Positions 17,340 to 26,064 of a stretch of 64,000 nucleotides of DNA are shown here, in pieces. Position 1 is the stretch's first letter. The number at the start of each line of letters is the position of its first letter. Both the position numbers and the translations under genes were made by a program. The notes beneath the pieces were generated by a model. It made no database searches. It was not told the DNA's origin and worked only from the letters and a program-made list of their open reading frames with translations. The stretch is from a virus (taxonomy: Duplodnaviria; Caudoviricetes): positions 64,001 through 128,000 of IMG/VR virus record IMGVR_UViG_3300022723_000184, one strand, 5' to 3'.

Positions 17340-18019
17340 TGAGCTACGAGCACGACGGAACCGCAGCCGCACGCATCGCTGTGCCCCACGACACCGAACT
17401 GGACTTCGGCGGGACGGCCCAGCAAACCATTTCGGCCTGGGTCACGCTGCCATCGGGCGTCAACCAGATCCAGTGGGCGGCCTTGTTAGCCAAGCTCGAC
17501 AACACTTGGCGAGTCTCGGTGATCGGCAACAACGACTACGGCTGGCACTTTCACAAGGGCGGTTCGGCCCTCGATGTTACGCACAACAACAACGACGACA
17601 TCCTGCACCATTACTGCTTCGTGTCCGACGGCACGAACAAGATTCAGTACGAGGACGGGGTGAACACCGGCAGTAACGCCCAGGGCTCGGTGGGCACGAA
17701 CACCGGCGAGCTGTGGCTTGGCAACAACAGTCAGCAGCAGGACCGTGGGTTGCAAGGCCGCTTAGAGGACATCCGCCTGTACAACCGCGGCCTGAGTCTT
17801 GAAGAGGTGCAGGGAATTTACCACGGCCGAGGCCACGACGGGATCGTCGACGGCCTGGTGGCCCGCTGGATGTTCCAGGAGCTGCATCCGGGGCAGGGCC
17901 TGGCCAACGCCTATGACGTGGCGGCCAGCGCCACGACGCACGACGGGACCGATACGAGCCCGGCCGGCGGCGTGACCCATGGGGAGGGCGACCTGGCCTT
18001 CCGCCGGCGGTGTGCGTAA
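17339..18019 (+). CDS. LamG/concanavalin A-like domain protein (226 aa)
   Basis: TGATG coupling; HHYCFV.DG...QYEDG, LWLGN, G.LEDIRLYNRGLS.EEV motifs. Confidence 0.8.
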   Translation: MSYEHDGTAAARIAVPHDTELDFGGTAQQTISAWVTLPSGVNQIQWAALLAKLDNTWRVSVIGNNDYGWHFHKGGSALDVTHNNNDDILHHYCFVSDGTNKIQYEDGVNTGSNAQGSVGTNTGELWLGNNSQQQDRGLQGRLEDIRLYNRGLSLEEVQGIYHGRGHDGIVDGLVARWMFQELHPGQGLANAYDVAASATTHDGTDTSPAGGVTHGEGDLAFRRRCA

Positions 18020-18189
18020 GACCCTGGTCCGTGAGGCCCTGGCGGGTATCATGGAGGGATGGCCGACGAACCGCAGCAACCGCCGATCGGTGGTGGGCCG
18101 GCTTACAACATCTGCTCCAGGCCGTGTTTGGGGCATGACATGCTCACCCTGACGAAGGCGGGTGACTGATCGCACGGAGGCGATAGCCG

Positions 18190-19242
18190 GTGACCGAAGA
18201 CTTCACGCTAACGCTTCGCGACGGTCTGACGATTTACTATGTCGTCCATGACCTGAGCAACAACACGGTCTGGGACCAGGACGACAACGAGTTCCGGGCC
18301 CTGGTCGCTGCTGCGTCCCCCGCCATCCCGGCCCCGGCCACCTCTGTTTTCGGGGGCGGCCGGTTCGCCACGTACAACGCCCGCATCGAACTGGAGGACG
18401 TCCATAACGGGACGCAGAAGAGCTTTCACGTCGCGGCCTACCGCCAGGCCGGCGGGGCGCCCGATCCTTTGACCGACAGGCCGGCCGGGTACCTGAACAT
18501 CACGATCGAGCGTGGCCGCCTGAAGATCGCCTACTTCGATGTCCAGGACCTGATCGAGCAGACGGGCTCCGGCTCCGAGCTGGTCAACCAGGACTACGGT
18601 GGTCCCAACAATCTGTGCTACACACTGAACGGGGTCCCGGTGGACAACGCCGAGATCTTGATCTACCGCGAGAAAGACTACGAAGACTGCAACCGATCGA
18701 CCGAGAACGTGGTGGCCGCGAGCCGGACCGACGCGTTCGGGGCTTGGGTCAAGGCCGTCATGCTCGACCCTGGTCGATACGTGGTGCAATTCTACAAGCA
18801 GGAGGTGTCAGGCCCCGACGCGTTCCTGCTCGTGGTGAGTCAGGACCCCGACGAGATTTCGGTGACCCCGATCAACGTGCCGAGCTGCGGTGTGCTGCCT
18901 CCGCCACCCCCGCCCGACCCGTGCCCGCCGCAGGAGACCGAAGGCCTCGACGAGTTCGGGGGCGACGGTCTGGTGTTGGTGGATCAGGATTATGGCGGCA
19001 CTAACAGCCTCTGCTACCTGATCGACGGCACACCGGTGGCCGGCGCCGAAATCCTGCTCTTCGACGCAGCCAGCTACAACGCCGGAAACCGGCAGAACAC
19101 CTACGCCATCGCCGCAAGTCGACAGAAGTCAGATGGTGCGTGGGAGCTTCCCGTAAAGCTGGATCCGGGGGAATACGTGATCCAGTTCCATCGCCGGGGT
19201 GTGGCGGGACCTGACGCCTACCCGCTGACCGTCACCGCATAG
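18190..19242 (+). CDS. virion protein with two tandem Ig/prealbumin-like domains (350 aa)
   Basis: Duplicated LV.QDYGG.N.LCY...G.PV..AEIL.....AAS....G.W...V.LDPG.YV.QF.....GPDA unit separated by a Pro-rich linker. Confidence 0.6.
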   Translation: MTEDFTLTLRDGLTIYYVVHDLSNNTVWDQDDNEFRALVAAASPAIPAPATSVFGGGRFATYNARIELEDVHNGTQKSFHVAAYRQAGGAPDPLTDRPAGYLNITIERGRLKIAYFDVQDLIEQTGSGSELVNQDYGGPNNLCYTLNGVPVDNAEILIYREKDYEDCNRSTENVVAASRTDAFGAWVKAVMLDPGRYVVQFYKQEVSGPDAFLLVVSQDPDEISVTPINVPSCGVLPPPPPPDPCPPQETEGLDEFGGDGLVLVDQDYGGTNSLCYLIDGTPVAGAEILLFDAASYNAGNRQNTYAIAASRQKSDGAWELPVKLDPGEYVIQFHRRGVAGPDAYPLTVTA

Positions 19243-19252
19243 GAGTAAGACT

Positions 19253-20218
19253 ATGGGACTGGAAGGTACGCCCGTCATCAAACCCGCCCAAGGCGGCAGC
19301 AACTGCAACGACCTCGACGTGGTCAAGGAAGAGGTCGAGTTCCGTGACGGTTGTCCGGTCCTCCCTAAACTGCAAATCCACGCGACCGCTCGGGGTCAGT
19401 GTGCGACGTTGGAAAAGACGATCCGTGATCGAGCGGGCAATCCCGTGGACCTGACCAACTGCGTGTGTTCACCGGCCGGCAGCGAAAGCCTGTCAGACGA
19501 CGATGTGCAGTGTGGCGTGGTCGTGAAGATCATGGAGGCGACTGGTATTAGCTCAGGCGACCCGATCTACGACTTGCAGGGGACGGTGACCGACCCGGCC
19601 AACGGCATCGTTCGCGTGACGCTGCCCCGGAAGCTGGCCGACTGCCCTGGCGTCTACAAAGTGAGTTGGGGCGTGTACGAGTCGACCGGTATGCTGGCCT
19701 ATGTCCAAGAGGGTTGGCTGATCATCGAGAACAGTTTGTTCGGCATCGCCAACCCGGCGAGCGCCGAACGCAACTACGGACCGCCATCGCTCATGGAGCT
19801 GCGACTGGGAATCCGGGACAGCGCCCCGAGCGAGAACGTGCTGCTCGACGACGTCGAGTTCAGCAACATGGAGATCGGCTATGCCTTCCTCCGCCCGGTC
19901 CGAGAGTTTCACGAGGTCAACCCGCCTCTCAACATGTTCTGGACAACCAAGACCTTCCCGTGGAAGGAGCATTGGATCAAAGGCACCCAGGCCTACCTCT
20001 ATTCGATGGCCGAAGCCTGGTACCGCCGCAACCGTCTGGGGACCAGCGCGGGCGGCGTCTCGATCGACCCGGAGAACAAGGAACGCGAGTACATGCGGGC
20101 GTACCAACAATACGTCGGCGAGTACCGTGAATGGATGAAGCTCAAAAAGGTCGAGATCAACGCCGCGGCGTTCAGCGGTGTCGTGGGCTCAACCTATGGC
20201 CAGACGCTCAGAGGGTAA
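19253..20218 (+). CDS. head-tail adaptor/neck protein with N-terminal BppU-like domain (321 aa)
   Basis: D..G.PVDLT...G.V.VTL N-terminus; helical C-terminus ending in SAGGVSID...K..EY; position before sheath. Confidence 0.55.
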   Translation: MGLEGTPVIKPAQGGSNCNDLDVVKEEVEFRDGCPVLPKLQIHATARGQCATLEKTIRDRAGNPVDLTNCVCSPAGSESLSDDDVQCGVVVKIMEATGISSGDPIYDLQGTVTDPANGIVRVTLPRKLADCPGVYKVSWGVYESTGMLAYVQEGWLIIENSLFGIANPASAERNYGPPSLMELRLGIRDSAPSENVLLDDVEFSNMEIGYAFLRPVREFHEVNPPLNMFWTTKTFPWKEHWIKGTQAYLYSMAEAWYRRNRLGTSAGGVSIDPENKEREYMRAYQQYVGEYREWMKLKKVEINAAAFSGVVGSTYGQTLRG

Positions 20219-20221
20219 TAC

Positions 20222-21142
20222 GTGAGCCTTGAAGGTACGTCTGCAACTCCTCCACCGACCCCGCCGGTCGTCAAACCGGTGGAGCCCGACGTGTGCGCTA
20301 CAAGGGACCATGACTGTGAGTCGGTGTTCGACCGCGTCGTGGTCAACTATCTGATCCGCGGCGGCACCCGGGTCATGTGGGAGCTGCGTGACGACTTCAT
20401 GGATGGCCAGCCGTACACCTTCCAGCTGCAAATGGGCCAGACCAACGACAACAACGCCGACGACTGGCAGAACGTGGGCCTCCCGGTCCAGGACCAGTAC
20501 GTGGCGGTCGACGACGAGCAGCGGGCCTTCAACAAGTGGCCCAACCGGACCTTCTACCGCGTTGAGCTGAAGACGAAGAACGACACCTACTACTCGCTGC
20601 CCACGGACGGGGCCGGCACCCTCAGCAAACGGGACTGGCGGATCAGTCGTGAGATCGTCCGGCAGGAGCTGATTCGGTTCCGGCACCACGCCGGCCAGCA
20701 GGGGCTGTTGCTCAAGCGGCGGATCACGGGCGAGGACTGCCCGACGTGCCTCGACTACCAGACCAACGAGATCCGGGACCCCGACTGCCCCGACTGCTGG
20801 GGTACGGGCAAGCGGTGCGGGTACTTCTTCCCGATCGACTGCGTCTGGGCCGACATGAACCCTAAGACCTACCGGACCCACCTGGACGCCGGCCAGGGGC
20901 GGGGGACGATCAACGACGTGGTGGCCAGGGCCCGGATGCTCAACACGTTCCTGTTGGGCGAGGAGGACGTCTGGATCAACCTGGTGACCGACGACCGATT
21001 CTACGTCCACACGGTGCAGAACGTGGCCGAGTACCGGGGCATCCCGCTGATCGCTAACGTGGAGTTGCGGCCGGCGCCCTACACCGACATCATCTACGAC
21101 ATTCCGATCCCACAGCAGCTTGAACGACTGGGGTTTAGCTAA
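20222..21142 (+). CDS. neck/head-closure protein with CxxC-CxxCxGxG zinc motif (306 aa)
   Basis: CPTCLD...CPDCWGTG.R.GYF.PI; position in the neck cluster. Confidence 0.55.
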   Translation: MSLEGTSATPPPTPPVVKPVEPDVCATRDHDCESVFDRVVVNYLIRGGTRVMWELRDDFMDGQPYTFQLQMGQTNDNNADDWQNVGLPVQDQYVAVDDEQRAFNKWPNRTFYRVELKTKNDTYYSLPTDGAGTLSKRDWRISREIVRQELIRFRHHAGQQGLLLKRRITGEDCPTCLDYQTNEIRDPDCPDCWGTGKRCGYFFPIDCVWADMNPKTYRTHLDAGQGRGTINDVVARARMLNTFLLGEEDVWINLVTDDRFYVHTVQNVAEYRGIPLIANVELRPAPYTDIIYDIPIPQQLERLGFS

Positions 21143-21582
21143 TCACAGGTGTTACGAGTTAATTTGGTATGACAAGACTTGCACACAGGCACAACATCGA
21201 ACGCGCTGTCGCCGTCGTATCCGCGAGGGTGGTGGTACTCTACAGCGGGTTTACTGCATTTGCAGGTCAGCGTTTTAGGGTCTGGAAGCTTGCTCTTCAA
21301 GATCGCTTTTTGCACTCGCCAGTATGCTCTGACTCGATCCGGGTGTTTGATTGCATAGCGTTTAGAGGTCTTCGCGTTATTTCTGCGGCCCCTTATCGTT
21401 TGCCGGTACTTGCGGCCTGCCCGCCGGGCGGCAAGTTTTCCTCGTTTGGTACTGGCGTACGATTTGTTGGTCTTATTGCGGCATTGCTTACACCGGTGGT
21501 CTCGACCGCCTTTTCGGCTACGGTCTTTGTAGAACTCCTCGGCGGATTTGGTTTCCTTGCAGCGTGAGCAGGTTTTAGGCAT
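21139..21582 (-). CDS. free-standing HNH-type endonuclease with N-terminal zinc finger (147 aa)
   Basis: CSRC..K...F.....G....CKQC plus C.C...EYHH..Y...V.PVCKSCH; AT-richer than neighbours; the only credible minus-strand gene. Confidence 0.7.
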   Translation of the reverse strand: MPKTCSRCKETKSAEEFYKDRSRKGGRDHRCKQCRNKTNKSYASTKRGKLAARRAGRKYRQTIRGRRNNAKTSKRYAIKHPDRVRAYWRVQKAILKSKLPDPKTLTCKCSKPAVEYHHPRGYDGDSAFDVVPVCKSCHTKLTRNTCD

Positions 21583-21596
21583 ACGGAGAGTATACC

Positions 21597-21887
21597 GTGC
21601 CGCACATCCCCAAGAGCGTCACCCACGCCCCGACCAGGCTGACCCAGACCGGCAGCGCCACCCGGCCCGAACTGGTCGGGGTCCGCCCGCCCCAGCCCAA
21701 AGCCCAGATCCCAGTCCGCAGCAAGCCGAAGGCGACCAAGGCCCCGGGTGAGAGCTTCATGCCGCGGATCAACCCGATGACCTACGACGGGCCCGAGACG
21801 CATCCCGAGAACGTGTTCAAGGGCCTGTTCGGTCGTAGTTGGCCGAAGGAGAACGAGTTCGGTGTAGCCAACGGAGGCCGAGTGTGA
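21597..21887 (+). CDS. hypothetical Pro/Lys-rich protein (96 aa)
   Basis: GGAG RBS, GC3 bias, stop overlaps the next start. Confidence 0.5.
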   Translation: MPHIPKSVTHAPTRLTQTGSATRPELVGVRPPQPKAQIPVRSKPKATKAPGESFMPRINPMTYDGPETHPENVFKGLFGRSWPKENEFGVANGGRV

Positions 21888-22564
21888 GCCCGGAGACTCC
21901 AGCAGACTGGTGCGAGAGCGAGAGCCCGTCCCCTGATCCTCAGGATCGGCGACAGCTGATTGGTCCGCAGACGGCCAACGCCCTGTGCCATACGGGATGG
22001 GCGCCCATCATCCTGACCGGCCTTTTCCGGGATCTTTTGGTCCGCCACTTCTCCGACGCTAACTTCATCGAGACGCCTGAGCTGCGAAAAGCAATCTGGC
22101 AGGAGCTACCCCCCACGGGTATACTGATCGAGAGCGTACACAAGTGGCGCGGCGACCTTACGGAAAAACGACCCGCGATCACGATTAAAAGAAACGCCTA
22201 CCGCAACGTCAGGATGGCGATCCTCGACCGGGTGGGCACAGACGAAGAGGGCAACGACAACTTCTCGACTCTCTGGGTTGGAAGTCACACCCTCTTCTGC
22301 ATCCATGGAACGGGTGCAGGTGTTGAGATCTTGGCCACCGAGGTGCAGCGAGAGCTGACCCAATTCGCCCCGGTGATCACCAAGATGCTCGGCCTACATA
22401 AGTTCAAGGTGAACGAGGTCGGGCAAATCAGCGAGCTGGAAGAGGCGACAGAGAACTTCGTCGTGCCGCTCACCGTTGGGTGGGCCTACGAGGAGAACTG
22501 GCGACTCGAACCAGAAGCGCTCAGGCTTTCGTCGATCTCGATCGGCTTCAGCCTGGACTGCTGA
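21884..22564 (+). CDS. tail completion/terminator-like protein (226 aa, GTG start)
   Basis: GGAGG RBS; position immediately before the sheath; E.RPAI.IKR and alpha/beta pattern. Confidence 0.5.
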   Translation: MSPETPADWCESESPSPDPQDRRQLIGPQTANALCHTGWAPIILTGLFRDLLVRHFSDANFIETPELRKAIWQELPPTGILIESVHKWRGDLTEKRPAITIKRNAYRNVRMAILDRVGTDEEGNDNFSTLWVGSHTLFCIHGTGAGVEILATEVQRELTQFAPVITKMLGLHKFKVNEVGQISELEEATENFVVPLTVGWAYEENWRLEPEALRLSSISIGFSLDC

Positions 22565-22600
22565 TCAACACGTACGAACACTTTGGCATGGAGGCCTGAA

Positions 22601-25402
22601 ATGGCTACTTACGTTCTGCCCCAGGTCCTGGTCTTCCAGGATTTCCAGGCGTCGCCCGCCGCGGTCGCCAACCCGCTCCGAGCCCACATCGCCGGTCCCC
22701 ACGCGTTCGCCATCCGCTTCGACGACAACGACGAGCGTGAAGACGGACGTCTCGGGTTCTACGACGAAATCCTTGCCACCAACTACCTGTGGCCCAACCG
22801 CCCGGCCGGTGGCGACGTCGACGAGTCGTTCACCAAACTGTACGTGGTGGACGGTCTGCTTAAGTACTTCGAGGACACGGTGTCCGGCGGCTCGACCATC
22901 ACCCGCACCGGCCAGAACACCGTCCGCTCCGACACGGTCAACTTCGCCGAGAACGGGATCTACGCCCGCGACTCGTCGCTGCTCGATCGCGACGTCCAGA
23001 TCGGCGACATCGTCAAGGCCCGGTTCGTGCCGGTCGGCGACGACCCGGTCACCGTCTGGACGTTCGTCAAGGACCTGGTGGGCGACCCGATCGCTGCGAT
23101 CGTGGCCGCGGCCACCGCGGACGTGGACAACGCCGCGACCCAGGGCGCCTCCACGGCCGTCGCCAAGATCTCGGGCCCCGACAACTGCGTCACCCTGACC
23201 CCCGACGGCTCGTCCTACGACGGCCTGGCCGAAGGCGACATCACCGAGACCTACCGGATCACCGTGCTGGAAGGGTCGCTGGACGGCGACCTGACCCAGG
23301 CCAAGATCCGCGTCACCAGCGCCAGCGGCAACGACGACCAGGCCGAGGTGACCCCGAGCCCCGCCGGCAGCCCGACCCCGATCGGCACCCGCGGCCTGCT
23401 CGTGACGTTCTCCGACGACGACACGGCGGCGTGCTCGGCCTCGGCCAGCGACGACGACGTGTCGCCCAACGACCTGATTGCGGGCCAGGCCTGGGACGTG
23501 GCGGTCAGCCAGGCGTTCACCGCCCCGACCCCGACCTCGGGCGGCTCGTACACCGGCGCCCAGGACACCACGTACATCCTCGACGTGGTCCGCGGCGGCC
23601 TGTACGCCGACACCGACAAGCCCCAGATCCAGGTTTCGACGACCAACGGCACCGACGTCAGCGGTCCGACCAATATCACCGCGGCGGCCACTGCCGTGGC
23701 AGTCGGGACTAAGGGGACCACGGTGGCCTTCGACGGTACCGGCCTGCGCAAGGGCGACCGGTACTACATCGTGGTCACGGCCGAGGCCGAGGGCCCGATG
23801 CGGACCATCGTCCTGGGCAACACGATCCCCAGCGACATCACGGACGGCACCGAGTGCGACCTCACGCTGTTCATCCTCAAGCCTGAGGCCGAGATCCCGC
23901 AGAACCGGATCCAGTCGCCGCCGCTCCAGAACTGGACGACCAGCGACACCGAGATCACGGTCAACAGCTCGATTGAGCTATTCGATGAGACGTGGACCGA
24001 CGGCGGTGTCCCGCAGCCCCTGCCCCTGATCTCCGAGGACAGCCAGAACTACGGCATCCTCTACGTGGAGTACCGGGCCTGGCTGCAGGACCTGTGCAAC
24101 GAGGTCGGCACGATCAGCGACGTGGCCAACCTGAACGATCTGATCAGCGGCCCGCTGGACCCGATCAACCCCCTCAAGTGGGGCGTGTTCAAGGCCCTGT
24201 CGAACTCCAACGGCACCGAGGTGAAGTTCACCGCCGTCTGCGACCCGGACAGCCCGGAGAGCTGGGCGGACGTCCTGGAGCTGTTGGAGGGTCGTGACGA
24301 CGTCTACGGCCTCGTCCCGCTGACCCGGGACCGCACGGTCCTCGACCTGTACGCGGCCCACGTGGACGCCAACTCCACGCCGGAAGAGGGTCTGTGGCGG
24401 GTCGCCTGGTTCAGCCTGCTCGGGATCCCGACCAAGGCCATTGTCACCGCCGACAACTCGACGGACGGCGAGGCGGTCGAGGCGACGATCACCGACGACC
24501 CGAACACCTCGGGCACCCAGTACACGCTGGTCGAGGTGCCGGACAAGAACAGCGACTTCATCAAGAACGAGGTGCGGGCGGGCGACATCCTCCGCGCCAT
24601 CTACTCCTCGGACGGTTTCGGAAACGAGACCTACCAGGAGTTCGTGATCGACGACGTCCTGACCGAGGACAGCCTCCGCCTGCTCAGCGGGCCGGGCGCC
24701 GCGGTCAACGTCGCGGCCAAGATCGAGATCTGGCGGAACCTCTCCTTGAACGAAGAGGCCCAGGAGATCGCCCTTGACGCGGGCGCCTGGAACAACCGCC
24801 GCATCCGGGCCGTGTGGCCGGACACGATCGAGACCAGCGGCGTCGTGCAGGAGGGTTACCACCTGTGTGCCGCTCTGTCGGGCCTCCGCTCGGGCGTCCT
24901 GCCCCACCAGGGCATGACCCACCTGGAGGTCGCGGGCTTCACGGACGTGCCCCGCACGATCGACAAGTTCAACAAGCCGCAGCTGGACATCCTGGCGGCG
25001 GCCGGCACCTGGATCGTCACCCAGAACATCTTCGATGGCGAGATCTTTACTCGCCACGCGGTGACCACGGGCGACACCGAGGACATCGGCCAGCGCGAGG
25101 AGATGATCACCTCCAACGTGGACAGCATCAGCTTCCGGTTCAAGGACCACTTCGCTCCGTTCATCGGCGTGACCAACGTCACCCCGTCGATGATCGAGCT
25201 GCTGGGTCTGGAGGCCGAGTCGCTGATCGAGGTCCTCAAGACGGAGAACGCGACGCAGACGTTGGGCGGCCAGCTCATCGACGCGACGATCATCGAGCTG
25301 CGGCAGCACCTGACGTTGAAGGACAGGGTCGTCATGATCCTGGACACCGACATCCCGGTGCCGCTGAACAACTTGGAGATCCGCCTCCAGATCGTGTTCT
25401 AA
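22601..25402 (+). CDS. contractile tail sheath protein with inserted domains (933 aa)
   Basis: YVLPQVLV.Q start; C-terminal VYGLVPLT, NRRIRAVWP, LCAALSGL, HQG.T, L...G.WIV, RHAVTT, EE.IT.NVD typical of sheath domains; followed by the tube gene. Confidence 0.85.
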   Translation: MATYVLPQVLVFQDFQASPAAVANPLRAHIAGPHAFAIRFDDNDEREDGRLGFYDEILATNYLWPNRPAGGDVDESFTKLYVVDGLLKYFEDTVSGGSTITRTGQNTVRSDTVNFAENGIYARDSSLLDRDVQIGDIVKARFVPVGDDPVTVWTFVKDLVGDPIAAIVAAATADVDNAATQGASTAVAKISGPDNCVTLTPDGSSYDGLAEGDITETYRITVLEGSLDGDLTQAKIRVTSASGNDDQAEVTPSPAGSPTPIGTRGLLVTFSDDDTAACSASASDDDVSPNDLIAGQAWDVAVSQAFTAPTPTSGGSYTGAQDTTYILDVVRGGLYADTDKPQIQVSTTNGTDVSGPTNITAAATAVAVGTKGTTVAFDGTGLRKGDRYYIVVTAEAEGPMRTIVLGNTIPSDITDGTECDLTLFILKPEAEIPQNRIQSPPLQNWTTSDTEITVNSSIELFDETWTDGGVPQPLPLISEDSQNYGILYVEYRAWLQDLCNEVGTISDVANLNDLISGPLDPINPLKWGVFKALSNSNGTEVKFTAVCDPDSPESWADVLELLEGRDDVYGLVPLTRDRTVLDLYAAHVDANSTPEEGLWRVAWFSLLGIPTKAIVTADNSTDGEAVEATITDDPNTSGTQYTLVEVPDKNSDFIKNEVRAGDILRAIYSSDGFGNETYQEFVIDDVLTEDSLRLLSGPGAAVNVAAKIEIWRNLSLNEEAQEIALDAGAWNNRRIRAVWPDTIETSGVVQEGYHLCAALSGLRSGVLPHQGMTHLEVAGFTDVPRTIDKFNKPQLDILAAAGTWIVTQNIFDGEIFTRHAVTTGDTEDIGQREEMITSNVDSISFRFKDHFAPFIGVTNVTPSMIELLGLEAESLIEVLKTENATQTLGGQLIDATIIELRQHLTLKDRVVMILDTDIPVPLNNLEIRLQIVF

Positions 25403-25414
25403 ACCAGAACGCCG

Positions 25415-25442
25415 ACCCCGGGGCCTACGGGCCCCGGGGTTT
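25415..25442 (+). promoter_or_regulatory. perfect 11-bp hairpin with C-UACG-G loop and short T run between sheath and tube (weak terminator or stabiliser)
   Basis: ACCCCGGGGCC-TACG-GGCCCCGGGGT-TT read directly. Confidence 0.65.
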
Positions 25443-25494
25443 GATAAAGAAACGCCTCGGCACGCTGAGGCTCTTAGGTACGGAGACCTAGACC

Positions 25495-25947
25495 ATGGCC
25501 GACATCTTCAACCGAAACGTGAGCAAGCTCGGCGGCGTGTTTACCTCGGACGAGGCGAAGCTCACGCTTAAGGGCAACCTGGGCGTGCTCGTCCAGCAGC
25601 TCCAGTTCACCTATGCCCAGACAATCACCCACCTCTACGAGGTCGGTGGCGCGAACATCTACTACGTCGGCGGCCGGACCCAGGGCAACCTGAACGTCAA
25701 CCGCGTCATCGGCCCGACCGGCACAATCTGTGCGCTGTACTCGACGTACGGCGACGTGTGCAACGCCAAGCAGAATGTGATCACCCTGGCCCTGCAGCAG
25801 ACCGACTGCTCGACGGGCGCCGGCGGCAAGAACACCTACACGATGAAGAACTGCGTCATCACGCAGACTGGCATCGCGGTGGCTGCCCAGGACATGATCA
25901 TCAACGAGAACACCACGATGATGTACTCGTCGCTGGAGTGCTCGTAA
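25495..25947 (+). CDS. tail tube protein (150 aa)
   Basis: Size, position after sheath, Q.ITHLYEVG...YYV.GR.QG.L...RV.G pattern. Confidence 0.8.
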   Translation: MADIFNRNVSKLGGVFTSDEAKLTLKGNLGVLVQQLQFTYAQTITHLYEVGGANIYYVGGRTQGNLNVNRVIGPTGTICALYSTYGDVCNAKQNVITLALQQTDCSTGAGGKNTYTMKNCVITQTGIAVAAQDMIINENTTMMYSSLECS

Positions 25948-25958
25948 GACAACCACTC

Positions 25959-25988
25959 GCCGACCTAAAAAGCACTTTTTAGATCGGC
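25959..25988. repeat. AAAAAGCACTTTTT palindrome copy 2, within a 30-bp imperfect inverted repeat
   Basis: GCCGA-C-CTAAAAAGCACTTTTTAG-A-TCGGC; core at 25967-25980. Confidence 0.9.
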
Positions 25989-26064
25989 CTCAGGGTCGGC
26001 CCTCCTACGGTGGGGTCGGCCCGGGCCACGAGGCCCGCTTAGAAACGCACCGCAAGGTGAGCAC

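Noticed and set aside
18020-18189. Small ORF 18059-18169 (MADEPQQ...) and TATCAT promoter
   Set aside because: The GGAGG is only 1 nt from the ATG and there is no supporting motif; not supportable.
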